Both the position numbers and the translations under genes were made by a program. From contig JBKAGE010000075.1 of NCBI GenBank assembly GCA_046290225.1, forward strand, positions 64,001-128,000: a stretch of 64,000 nucleotides of DNA, given 5' to 3'. The DNA is from Bradymonadia bacterium. Its GTDB lineage: Bacteria; Myxococcota_A; Bradymonadia; UBA7976; UBA1532. Below the pieces are notes generated by a model. That model saw only the letters and a list, made by a program, of their open reading frames with translations. It searched no databases and was not told where the DNA came from. This document shows positions 9,708 to 20,550 of the stretch, in pieces. The first letter of the stretch is position 1. Every line of letters begins with the position of its first letter.

Positions 9708-10262
9708 TCAGGGAACCTCTACGTCGGGGATCTCCGCGTCGCCCAACTCTGCGTCAGGCGCCTCCATGTCGAGCAGCTCCGCATCGGGCAGCTCCGCGTC
9801 GGGGATCTCCATGTCAGGGATCGAAGCGTCACCAAGTGCTGCGTCGTCGAGGGCTGCGTCGTCGAGGGCTGCGTCGTCGATCTCCGCATCGGGCAGCTCG
9901 GCGTCGGGGATCTCCACATCGGGGATCTCCGCGTCAGCCATCTCTGCATCTGGGGCGGCGGCATCTTCAAGGCCAGCGTCAGAGGCCTCGGCGTCGACGG
10001 ACATGTTCATGTCCGACAACGCAGCGTCGGTGTCGGTCTGTAAAGGCGCCACACACTGTCGTTGAAAACACGTGGGCGTCTCTGCCGGGCATTCGCTGTC
10101 GTCGAAGCAGAGGATCACGCACGAGTTGGAGACACAGCGCGAACCGTTCTCGCAATCGCGATCGGCGATGCACTCGCTGATCTGGGAGCTCCCGAGGAAG
10201 TTGGTGCACCCCGCAATCAGGGCGGGGGCAGCACAAAACAACAGTGGGACGAGACGACGCAC
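9708..10262 (-). CDS. Lipoprotein with two short Cys-rich repeats and an acidic pentapeptide-repeat tail
   Basis: GTG start; ALIAG-C lipobox; CIADRDC and CFDDSEC modules; about 18 units of the [15 protein letters not shown] type. Confidence 0.7.
   Translation of the reverse strand: MRRLVPLLFCAAPALIAGCTNFLGSSQISECIADRDCENGSRCVSNSCVILCFDDSECPAETPTCFQRQCVAPLQTDTDAALSDMNMSVDAEASDAGLEDAAAPDAEMADAEIPDVEIPDAELPDAEIDDAALDDAALDDAALGDASIPDMEIPDAELPDAELLDMEAPDAELGDAEIPDVEVP
9711..9985 (-). repeat. Degenerate 15-bp tandem coding repeat ([15 protein letters not shown])
   Basis: Repeating gggatctccgcgtc / gggcagctccgcgtc / gagggctgcgtcgtc units on the + strand. Confidence 0.8.
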
Positions 10263-10353
10263 GGAGAAACCCTTCGAAAGGTGTCGCTGCCGGCGGGGAC
10301 AGCGCCAGGGGGGGTAGGTACACCAGACGACGGCCCAGCGTCTACCTCCAGAC

Positions 10354-10382
10354 TTGTGAATCGACCCCACCCCGGGCACAAT
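10354..10382 (+). promoter_or_regulatory. Possible sigma70 promoter of gltX
   Basis: TTGTGA-N17-CACAAT about 80 bp upstream of the gltX start. Confidence 0.3.
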
Positions 10383-10463
10383 CCGCCGCCCGAGCGAGAA
10401 GGGGACTCCTGGGGTGGATCCCCGAGTCCTTGCTTGAACGTCCAGCCCGAAGGAGGCCTTCAG

Positions 10464-11978
10464 ATGACCGTGCGTACTCGAGTTGCGCCATCACCCACCG
10501 GCGATCCCCACGTGGGCACCGCCTACATGGCCCTGTTCAACCTGGCCTTCGCCCGCAAGCACGGCGGCCAGTTCATCCTGCGCATCGAAGACACCGATCG
10601 CGCCCGCTCCACTCCGGAGTCGGAGGCCATGATCCTGGAGTCGCTGAAGTGGTTGGGCCTCGAGTGGGACGAAGGACCTGACGTCGGCGGCCCCCACGGC
10701 CCCTACCGCCAGAGCGAGCGGGGTGACATCTACGGGCAGTACGCTCAGCAACTGCTCGACGCGGGCCACGCCTTCCGGTGCTTCCACACGCCGGAGGAGC
10801 TGGCGGCGAAGCGCAACGCCAAGCACGACGGGCCCATCAGCCCCGATTCGGATTACGTCGATCTGTCTCGGGCTGAGTCGGACGCCAAGGCTGCGGCAGG
10901 TGAGCCCTTCGTGATTCGCATGAAGGTGCCCCGTGAAGGGGAGTGCGTCTTCGAAGACATGCTCCGGGGGGAGACCCGCATCGAGTGGCGTCAGGTGGAC
11001 ATGCAGGTGTTGCTCAAGAGCGACGGCATGCCCACATACCACCTGGCCAACGTGGTGGATGATCACCTGATGGGCATCACCCACGTGATCCGTGGTGAGG
11101 AGTGGATCAGCTCAGCGCCGAAGCACATGCTGCTCTACCAATACTTCGGCTGGGAAGCACCCAAGCTCTGTCACATGCCGCTGCTGCGGAACCAGGACAA
11201 GAGCAAGCTGAGCAAGCGGAAGAACCCGACGAGCATCATGTACTACCGGGATCTCGGCATTTTGCCCGAGGCCCTGATCAACTACCTGGGCATGATGGCG
11301 TGGTCGATGCCCGACGGTGAGGAGAAGTTCACCCTCGAGGCGATGAAGGCAGCCTTCACCCTCGATCGTATCTCGTTGGGTGGTCCGATCTTCGACATCG
11401 ACAAGCTCAGCTGGCTCAACGGTCGGTACATCCGTGAAGACTACGACGCCGCGGGGGTGGCCAAGCTGCTCATCGATTGGGCGTTCAACGCTGATCGTCT
11501 CGCCGCTCTGGCGCCGCTGGTGCAGACCCGTATGAACACGTTGGGCGAGTTCGGCCCCAAGGTGTCGCACTTCTTCGCTGGTAGCATCGCCCTCACCGCC
11601 GACGATCTGGTCGTGAAGGGGAAGACGCCCGACGAGGTGAAGCAGGCCCTCACCTGGGGGTGGTGGCGTCTCGAAGCGCTGCCGGCATGGAACGCCGATG
11701 CCATCAGCGAGAGCATGCGGGCCACGGCGGGCTTCTCGGAGATGAAGCTCCGTGATTTTCTGAAGCCATTCTTCGTGGCGCTGAGTGGTCAGGCCGTGTC
11801 CACCCCGCTCTTCGATACGATGGAGCTGCTGGGCAAGGACATCAGCCGCGCTCGGGTGAAGGCGGCCATCGATGCCCTCGGTGGGGTGGGGAAGAAGCTG
11901 GAGAAGCGGTGGCGGAAGGCGCTTGATGCTGCTGAGGTTGCGGCTGCTGCGGGCGCTGGCGCGGGCGCTGACGAGTAG
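10464..11978 (+). CDS. gltX: Glutamate--tRNA ligase
   Basis: [43 protein letters not shown]. Confidence 0.96.
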   Translation: MTVRTRVAPSPTGDPHVGTAYMALFNLAFARKHGGQFILRIEDTDRARSTPESEAMILESLKWLGLEWDEGPDVGGPHGPYRQSERGDIYGQYAQQLLDAGHAFRCFHTPEELAAKRNAKHDGPISPDSDYVDLSRAESDAKAAAGEPFVIRMKVPREGECVFEDMLRGETRIEWRQVDMQVLLKSDGMPTYHLANVVDDHLMGITHVIRGEEWISSAPKHMLLYQYFGWEAPKLCHMPLLRNQDKSKLSKRKNPTSIMYYRDLGILPEALINYLGMMAWSMPDGEEKFTLEAMKAAFTLDRISLGGPIFDIDKLSWLNGRYIREDYDAAGVAKLLIDWAFNADRLAALAPLVQTRMNTLGEFGPKVSHFFAGSIALTADDLVVKGKTPDEVKQALTWGWWRLEALPAWNADAISESMRATAGFSEMKLRDFLKPFFVALSGQAVSTPLFDTMELLGKDISRARVKAAIDALGGVGKKLEKRWRKALDAAEVAAAAGAGAGADE

Positions 11979-11990
11979 CCCTGCTCATCC

Positions 11991-12311
11991 CTCGCAGAGA
12001 GAGTTTGTCGGGCACGGGCACGGGCACGGGCACGGGCACGAGTTTTACGGGTGTTGACCCGTGGCCCAGCATGACTCCGCTCGTAGGCTTTTAGTGGTGG
12101 AGGCTTTCCTTGGCCTTGCACTGTTCTAAGCGAAGGCTCTGACCTCCTCCATACCCCCCAAGACCTGAATTCTCAGGCTGCGCTGAAGCGCATCAACTCA
12201 GCATCAATGACAACTGTCGTCCTGAGTTCAGGCAGGGCCACGGGTCCAGGGCCGAATCAACTCGTGCCCGTGCCCGTGCCCGTGCCCGTGCCCGAAAACT
12301 CTCTCTGCGAG
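11991..12311. repeat. Inverted-repeat element with (GGGCAC)5 arms (MITE/REPIN-like)
   Basis: Left arm 11991-12077 ctcgcagagagagtttgtc(gggcac)5gagtt...gacccgtggccc is close to the reverse complement of the right arm 12224-12311; lies between convergent gltX and the carboxyltransferase gene. Confidence 0.85.
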
Positions 12312-12357
12312 CGTCAGCGAGACCGCAGCGAGAGCACCGCAAGGCGAGCCACAAGCC

Positions 12358-13935
<1,578 letters not shown>

Positions 13936-13961
13936 GCGGATCTTTCCCTGTTCGAGTGCTT

Positions 13962-15401
13962 TCAAACGGAGCGCTTAACACCAGATGGGGCGCTCAGCAA
14001 CTCCGAATACAGACCGTGATAACTGCGGACCGGTCCGGCCCATGACCAGTCCTGGGCCATACAGCGGGCCTGCATGGCACGCCAGGCCGTGCGATCGCCG
14101 AAGTGTTTCACTGCGGCGTCGGTGGCGGAGAGCAGCGCCTCCGGGGTGGCGTCGTCGAAGGTGAAGCCGGTGACGCCGTGCTCCACTGTGTCGGCGAGGC
14201 CCCCCGTGGCCCGGACGATGGGCACCGAGCCATAGCGCATGCCGATGAGCTGCGTCAGGCCGCAAGGCTCGAAGCGGCTGGGCACCAGCACACAGTCAGA
14301 GCCTGCGTAGATGCGTCGCGCCAGCCCGTCGTCGAAGCCGACATAGAGGGCCACGGCGTCAGGGTGCTCCACTGCGAGACCCCGCACCCGCTCCACGAGG
14401 CTCGGCTCGCCGGCCGTGAGGACCACCAGCCGTACACCCTGAGCCACCAGCGTGGGCGCCGCGTCGACGAGGAGATCGAAACCTTTTTGATACGTGCCTC
14501 GGGCCACCACCCCCATGATGGGGCGCTGGAGCTGTGGATCCGGGCTGAAGGACATCATCTTCAGCAGGGTCTCACGACAGGTGGCGCGGCCCTCGGGGGC
14601 CTCGAGGCTGTAGGGCGCCGCCAGGGCTGCGTCGTTCGCCGGATCCCAGGCCACCTCGTCGATGCCGTTCAGGATGCCTCGCACCGCGGCGCCGCGGTGG
14701 GCCAGCAGCCCCGAGAGGCCCTGACCTCCGGGCTCACCCTGGATCTCCTGGGCATAGCGAGGGCTCACCGTGGTGATCATGTCAGCGCAGACCAGACCCG
14801 CCTTGAGCATGCTCAGTTGTCCGTGAAATTCCATGCCCTGCCAGCCGCGCAGGTGCTGGGGGATCTCCAGGCGGTCGGCCCAAGCGGGATCACACAGACC
14901 CAGGTAGGCCATGTTGTGAATCGTCTGGATGGTGGGCACCTTGCCCTGCAGATACGCCGCCGCCAGCCCCGCGTGCCAGTCGTGCAGGTGCACCACGTCG
15001 AAGTCGTCGGCGAGATCAGCGGCCACCTTGCACATCACTGCAAAGCGCAGCGGGTTGTCGGCGTAGGGTGGCTGGCCGGGGGCGCCGTAAGGCGTGGGGC
15101 GATCGAGCAGACCAGGGCAGTCGATGAACCAGGTGTGATCCTCGGCGTCGGCCCACAGCCGGGCCTTGAAGATCTGCCCACCGAGGCGGATGTAGCGCTC
15201 GGCAGATTTCACCTTCAGACCCCAGCGAGCAGGATCGATGAAGCCGTACAGCGGGGTGAGCACCCGAGCGTCGATGCGCTGATAGCCCTCGAGCCCGCGC
15301 TGCTCCGGGGGCAGGGCGCCAGCGACGTCGGCGAGGCCGCCGGTCTTGCTGAAGGGCACCACCTCGGCGCTGAGGTGCAGCACACGGATCGGGGCGGTCA
15401 T
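13962..15401 (-). CDS. glgA: Glycogen synthase
   Basis: [46 protein letters not shown]. Confidence 0.93.
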   Translation of the reverse strand: MTAPIRVLHLSAEVVPFSKTGGLADVAGALPPEQRGLEGYQRIDARVLTPLYGFIDPARWGLKVKSAERYIRLGGQIFKARLWADAEDHTWFIDCPGLLDRPTPYGAPGQPPYADNPLRFAVMCKVAADLADDFDVVHLHDWHAGLAAAYLQGKVPTIQTIHNMAYLGLCDPAWADRLEIPQHLRGWQGMEFHGQLSMLKAGLVCADMITTVSPRYAQEIQGEPGGQGLSGLLAHRGAAVRGILNGIDEVAWDPANDAALAAPYSLEAPEGRATCRETLLKMMSFSPDPQLQRPIMGVVARGTYQKGFDLLVDAAPTLVAQGVRLVVLTAGEPSLVERVRGLAVEHPDAVALYVGFDDGLARRIYAGSDCVLVPSRFEPCGLTQLIGMRYGSVPIVRATGGLADTVEHGVTGFTFDDATPEALLSATDAAVKHFGDRTAWRAMQARCMAQDWSWAGPVRSYHGLYSELLSAPSGVKRSV

Positions 15402-16423
15402 GGGCTCACTCCACGGAGAAACTGCGCCGCAGACTCTGGGGCCACAGGGTTGATGTAGGTCCCCGTGCCGCGCTCGAAGCCCGCCACCTGGGTCAGCTTG
15501 GGCTGGATCACCACATGCCAGCGGTACCAGGGCAGCGCCTGATCACCCGGACCCCTCAGGGCATAGGGGGTCGTGTGCAACATCAGGTTCCAGGCCGGAT
15601 CGCCGAGGCCCACCTCCAGCCGGCCGAGGGCCTGCTGGAGCGCGTCGGCGAGGCCCGACAGGTGGCCCTCGTCGGTGCAGTCGAAGTGGCTCTGGGGCGC
15701 CCGAGGGATCACCCACATGTCGAAGGGGTGCATGCTGGCGTAGGGCGTCACCACCACGAAGGTGCCGTTGTCGTAGACGAGACGATCGCCCTGGCTTACT
15801 TCCTGGCGGATCAGATCGTCGAAGACGTTCCGGCCGCGGACCTCGAACCACGACTTGCTGCCGTCGAGGCGCAGCTGCACCTCCGGGGGCACCACAGGGA
15901 GCGCCACCAGCTGGGCGTGGCCATGGGCCACCGAGGCCCCGGCGGCGGCGCCCTGGTTGCGAAAGAGGCAGCTGTACTTCAAGCGGAAGTCACCGCGCAG
16001 GTCCGCCATGCGATCGCGATACACCCGCAGCGCCGAAACCAGGTGCTCAGAGGGTAGACGATGCAGCTTGAAGGCCGGATCAGGCGACTCGATGATCACT
16101 TCGTGGGCGCCGAGGCCGTTCATACGGTCGTACAGGCCCTCGGGCTGGGGGTCGAGGCCACCCTCTACGGCGAGCACTGGATACTTGTTGGGGATCACCC
16201 GCACCTGCCAGCCCGGCGTGTTCGGCGCCGAGCCGTCGGGGCGCAGGGCGTAGATCTCTTCCGGCGTCAGGTGCTCATTGCCCGGGGCAAAGGGGGAGGG
16301 GCGGCGCGTGTCGACCTCGGCGGTCCCTCTCGGGTCGTGCACGAAGTCTCTGGGCCGCCAGGCCCGCTCGGTGGCGATGATGGTCCACCGTCGAGTGATG
16401 GGGTCCCGCCGAAGCTCTGGCAT
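15398..16423 (-). CDS. galT: GalT-family (HIT superfamily) hexose-1-phosphate nucleotidyltransferase
   Basis: MPELRRDP, VRVIPNKYP, GAHEVIIESP, GASVAHGHAQ (HxHxQ); stop overlaps the glgA start (ATGA). Confidence 0.8.
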   Translation of the reverse strand: MPELRRDPITRRWTIIATERAWRPRDFVHDPRGTAEVDTRRPSPFAPGNEHLTPEEIYALRPDGSAPNTPGWQVRVIPNKYPVLAVEGGLDPQPEGLYDRMNGLGAHEVIIESPDPAFKLHRLPSEHLVSALRVYRDRMADLRGDFRLKYSCLFRNQGAAAGASVAHGHAQLVALPVVPPEVQLRLDGSKSWFEVRGRNVFDDLIRQEVSQGDRLVYDNGTFVVVTPYASMHPFDMWVIPRAPQSHFDCTDEGHLSGLADALQQALGRLEVGLGDPAWNLMLHTTPYALRGPGDQALPWYRWHVVIQPKLTQVAGFERGTGTYINPVAPESAAQFLRGVSP

Positions 16424-16590
16424 GCGTGCTCCTCGCCTGGAGTGGGCCGGCGGGGCTCAGAGCGAACCTCGACGGCCGACAGCGTGTTCGGAGCGGTTGT
16501 TATAGGGGGAGGCAGGGGGGGGTGGGAAGCCCCAATCGACGTTGTGTACGTCGGGGCGTCCAGGGAGGTGGGCTCAGGTGAGCGCCGTGA

Positions 16591-17154
16591 TTACTCGGCG
16601 TTGCGCTCGGACTCGGCGTCGAGCTCCTCGAAGGCCTTCTTGGCGTTGGCGCGGATGATCTGCTTGGCGCGGTTGCTCAGCTTGGCCATGCGGTCGAGCT
16701 GGGCCTCGAAGGCGTCGGGATCGAGACGGGACAGGCTGTACTGCACGCCCTGCTCGTTGTCGTAGTAGCGGTCGACGATCTGGGCGCCGGTGAGCTCCAT
16801 CTCGGTGAAGGCCTTGGTGGCCTCCTGGCGGTGGGCCTCGTAGGCCTCCTTCTCACCGTCGTTGGTGCTGGCCTCGTAGCTCTTGATGAGGTTCTTCACC
16901 TTGGTGGTGAACACCTTGGCGAGCTCGGTGCGGGCCGAGGCGTCGGCGGTGGAGCGGCGCAGGCTGATGGAGCTCACGCCCTGGGCCACGCCAACCCCAT
17001 AGAAAGCCTTGTCCTTCATGGCGCCGCCGCCCTGGTTGACCCAAGCGGGGGTGCCATCTTTGCCACCTTCGTAGACCTTGCCGCCGCCGCAGCCAGCGAA
17101 GGCGAAGAGGGAGATCGAGACGAGAATGGCGAACATCTGTGCGCGCTTGAACAT
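16591..17154 (-). CDS. LPP20-family lipoprotein
   Basis: GGAGGAG RBS; lipobox FAG-C; PAWV, FYGVGVA, ADASARTELAK pattern. Confidence 0.8.
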   Translation of the reverse strand: MFKRAQMFAILVSISLFAFAGCGGGKVYEGGKDGTPAWVNQGGGAMKDKAFYGVGVAQGVSSISLRRSTADASARTELAKVFTTKVKNLIKSYEASTNDGEKEAYEAHRQEATKAFTEMELTGAQIVDRYYDNEQGVQYSLSRLDPDAFEAQLDRMAKLSNRAKQIIRANAKKAFEELDAESERNAE

Positions 17155-17421
17155 GGTGTACTCCTCCTGGCGGTGTGCGCCAAAAACCCCACGTCAGTTC
17201 AATCCGTGGGCCGTGGGGCGTTCGGGATCCGCGATCCCCCTGGGTAGAAAATTCAGTCTGCGCTTATGCCCACGGTCAATTCAAGGTGAGGGCATGAGCG
17301 AAAGTGAAAGGTCATCTTCCTCGCAGCCTCAAACGCTCCGGGAAGGGGACCATTCAAAGAATCGACGGAGAAGCGCACAAAACGTCGAAGGGCGCTTCAC
17401 GTCGACCCGTGTCGAGATGAA

Positions 17422-17583
17422 TTACATCTCTTCTTTGTTGCGGTCGGACTCGCGATCGATGTCGCGATCGGCAGCATCGGCGTTGTCGCGGATGCTCTCT
17501 TTGTCCATCTGCTTCGGGGCACTGCCGCAGCCGATCATGGGGAGCATCAGGGCGGCGGCGATCATCATGGCCAGCAATTTCAT
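17422..17583 (-). CDS. 53-aa lipoprotein (not in the ORF track)
   Basis: Own translation MKLLAMMIAAALMLPMIGCGSAPKQMDKESIRDNADAADRDIDRESDRNKEEM*; hydrophobic signal with lipobox MIG-C; GC3-rich codons. Confidence 0.75.
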   Translation of the reverse strand: MKLLAMMIAAALMLPMIGCGSAPKQMDKESIRDNADAADRDIDRESDRNKEEM

Positions 17584-17900
17584 GGAGCTTACCTTAGCCT
17601 CTGTCAGTGGGCCTCTGTCAGTGGCACCGCGGCCGAGTTCGGCTCGGTCGAATGCCGGTGATTGAGCGGTCGAACGTTGTTGACCTGATCCTCATGGACG
17701 CCCCGTCGACGCCCTGGATCGGGGGCATATTCCCAGAGATTGCACTTCGGCGCATTTTCTGGGCATCGCCGGGCTGCACTGCTGCATCTGCCACATCGTT
17801 CCAGGGCAACGCAACACACACGTCGAGTCCTCGCTACAACTCAAAAGAATCTTGCGTCTCGAGTGGCGTCGAAGGCAACGTCTCGGCGCCGGAGGTGATC

Positions 17901-19007
17901 ATGCACAGCTCGCTCGTACAGTCCTTCAAAGCAAACCGCTTCAAATCGACCCGTCCGCTGCTCTCGGCGGCGCTCTTCACTGCTGTAGCCCTGGTCTCTG
18001 CAGGGTGCGGCGGTGCCGCTGGCGGTGGTGGAGGCGGTCAGGGCGTACAGTCGAGCAACACCATCCCCGAGGACAAGCTGCCCCCGGCACCGAGCGGCAG
18101 CCTGTGGGGTGACGGCTTCGGCGACACCCAACAGCGGGCCGTGCTCGACGCCCGCCGGGCGGTGTCGGAGCAGATCACGGCCAAGGTCACGGCCACCGTC
18201 GAAGCGCAGACCAGCGAAGACGCCACGGGCATCGACCAGAAGATCGACCAGAAGATCAAATCCCAGACCGACTTCGAGCACGCCGAGCTGATCAAGGTGA
18301 TCGGGTTCCGCCGCGAAGAGGGTGGCTGGACGGCACGGGCGGCTCTGGATCGCCGTGAGGCCGCCGACGTGTACGAGAAAGAGCTCCAGGCGGATCTCGA
18401 GCGTTTGAAGAAGCTCTCTCCGGTGGTCTCCGAGTCCCTCAAGACCTTCGACACCTCGATCCTGCTGTCCAGCGAGCAGTCCCCCGGCGTGCTCATGGCG
18501 GAGATGTCCCGCAAGGCCCGCATCCTGGCCATCCTCGGCGGTCGCGGTGACGCCTCGGGCGGCCAGCAGGTGAAGTCGGTGGAGCGCAAGGCCTCTGCTG
18601 CCCGCCGACGGGCGGTGCTGCGGCTCTCGGTGACGGGCTCGGCGAGCGAGGGCCTCAAGCGCGCCGCGGTGCAGCACGTGGCCCGCATGTTCAAGCAGCG
18701 GGGCTGCACCCTCAGCGAGGGCCTCTCCGGAGCCCCCAAGGCGAAGGTGCCCACGGCAGACGTCAAGCTGAAGGTGGTGAGCCGGGATCACAAAGAGGGC
18801 GACGTGAAGTATCGCTACGTGGGCCTCGAGGTGGTGGCCGCCGACGCCCGGAGCAAGCGCAACATCTTCCGCTTCAGCGCCATGCCCGACTTCGCTCACG
18901 GCGGCGGGGCCACCTGGGCTCAGGCTGACAAGAGCGCGGCTCGGAAGATGGGCAAGAAGCTCAAGGGGGCCGGTGGGAAGGCCTTCGAAGGCATTACGTG
19001 CCGTTGA
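17901..19007 (+). CDS. Lipoprotein with an LPP20-like N-terminal domain
   Basis: GGAGG RBS before ATG 17901; lipobox VSAG-C; WGDGFG...AVLDARRAVSEQITAKV. Confidence 0.7.
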   Translation: MHSSLVQSFKANRFKSTRPLLSAALFTAVALVSAGCGGAAGGGGGGQGVQSSNTIPEDKLPPAPSGSLWGDGFGDTQQRAVLDARRAVSEQITAKVTATVEAQTSEDATGIDQKIDQKIKSQTDFEHAELIKVIGFRREEGGWTARAALDRREAADVYEKELQADLERLKKLSPVVSESLKTFDTSILLSSEQSPGVLMAEMSRKARILAILGGRGDASGGQQVKSVERKASAARRRAVLRLSVTGSASEGLKRAAVQHVARMFKQRGCTLSEGLSGAPKAKVPTADVKLKVVSRDHKEGDVKYRYVGLEVVAADARSKRNIFRFSAMPDFAHGGGATWAQADKSAARKMGKKLKGAGGKAFEGITCR

Positions 19008-19034
19008 GCGGACGATCGCCCGCGCCCCACACGC

Positions 19035-20444
19035 TCAATCCGGCAACGTCTCGTCGTCCCCCCGTACCACCTCTTCAGGCTGAGGACTCCCACACTCCGA
19101 GCAGAACTTCGCCTTGAGGGAGATGCTCGCGCCGCAGCGGACACAGGGCCGCTTCAAGTTGTGACCACAGTTGCTGCAGAACCGCGCTGACATTGGCACC
19201 GGGTGACTACATTGCGGACAGGGATAGAGCGCCTGACCCGTGGTGCGCTTCGACGTCGTCGTGCCGAGGCTCGAGCCTGTGAGGGCCGCCAGCTGACCGT
19301 GGGTGGCGTGGGTCATGGGCTGGATAGCCACCCGTTGCTGCACGCTCGCCGGGGCGGTGATGTTCTCGAGGTAGAGGCGGCTCAGGGTGAGCCCTGCGTC
19401 GGCGAGGCGGGCGTCCATGAGGGGCTTCGTCGATGCCACCACATGTTGAGGATCACTGAGCAGCTCGATGAGATCGCCATGATCTTTGAGGACCTGCTTG
19501 AACGCTTCGCCGAAGCGGCCCGCGACGATGCGCCGGATGCGGCGTTCGAACTCTTCCGCGGGCAGTGGCCCCTGGCGACCGAAGCGGCGCCAAGCGGCGA
19601 GGGGATCTTTGATGCGGAGGCTGAAGCGGCCGAAGGCCCGCAGCGGCACCACACCATGATCAGCGTCACTCACCTGAATCGGATCAGTGGTGCCCCAGCG
19701 CATCAGCGAGGATGACATCATCGAGAGGAAGATGAAGTCGGGGCGGATCGGGCCACCCTGCCATTGAACGCGGGCGCTCAGGCCCGGGAGGTGGGCAGGG
19801 GTGGCGTGGTAGTCACCGGCTTCGAGTACATCGGTGATCTCCCCTTCGTGAAGGACCAGCACGCCCTGACCGCGGCTCACCTCGATGCGGGCATCGTAGG
19901 CCAGCAGGTGGTCCGAGTGAGGGAACACCCAGAAATAGCCTGGCTGAGCCTCGTCGTCCCAGCTCACATGATCGACAGGTTGCTCGGCGATCCAGCGGGC
20001 GAGATCCGGGTCCGCCTCGCCGTGCTCGGGGATGCGGGGGAGAGCCTCCTGGGTGATGAGCTGCTCCCCGAGGCCCAGAGCCGCGGCGATGGAGCGCATG
20101 CAGTCCCGCTCAGCCTCGGTGATCTTGCCGTCGGCGAGGACCACGGCGCGGCACGCGCTGAGGAACATGCGCCGCAGCCACATACTGTTCAGGCCGCGGG
20201 CGGCCTCGGCATAGTCGAAGGTGGCGTTGGCGAGGGGGGTGAGGTCGTCTGGTAGCCCCACCTGACGCAGGAACTGACGGATGACCTCTTCTTCACGTGG
20301 GTCGACGCCGTCGCAGGCGGCCACGTGATACAGACCCCGAGCGAAGAGCTGGGTGCGCTCCGGCGTCCAGGTCCGGCGGTCGAGCAGGGGCGGAGGTGTG
20401 GGCACTGTCTCGGGTGTCGTCTTGGGTGCTGTGTCGTCGCTCAT
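19035..20444 (-). CDS. TerB-like + SPFH (YdjI-like) + double zinc ribbon fusion protein
   Basis: VAACDG...VLADGKITEAER (TerB-like); RWGTTDPI...PLRAFGRFSLRIKDP (SPFH-like); four CxxC at the C-terminus. Confidence 0.75.
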   Translation of the reverse strand: MSDDTAPKTTPETVPTPPPLLDRRTWTPERTQLFARGLYHVAACDGVDPREEEVIRQFLRQVGLPDDLTPLANATFDYAEAARGLNSMWLRRMFLSACRAVVLADGKITEAERDCMRSIAAALGLGEQLITQEALPRIPEHGEADPDLARWIAEQPVDHVSWDDEAQPGYFWVFPHSDHLLAYDARIEVSRGQGVLVLHEGEITDVLEAGDYHATPAHLPGLSARVQWQGGPIRPDFIFLSMMSSSLMRWGTTDPIQVSDADHGVVPLRAFGRFSLRIKDPLAAWRRFGRQGPLPAEEFERRIRRIVAGRFGEAFKQVLKDHGDLIELLSDPQHVVASTKPLMDARLADAGLTLSRLYLENITAPASVQQRVAIQPMTHATHGQLAALTGSSLGTTTSKRTTGQALYPCPQCSHPVPMSARFCSNCGHNLKRPCVRCGASISLKAKFCSECGSPQPEEVVRGDDETLPD

Positions 20445-20550
20445 CGGGTTTTAAGCATACCTGATTCCCTGTCGTGGCCCAGAATCGTACCGTGACACGG
20501 TACACAGAGTGTACGTGGACCATCGGCACAGCCCCCCAGGAGAGATGAGC

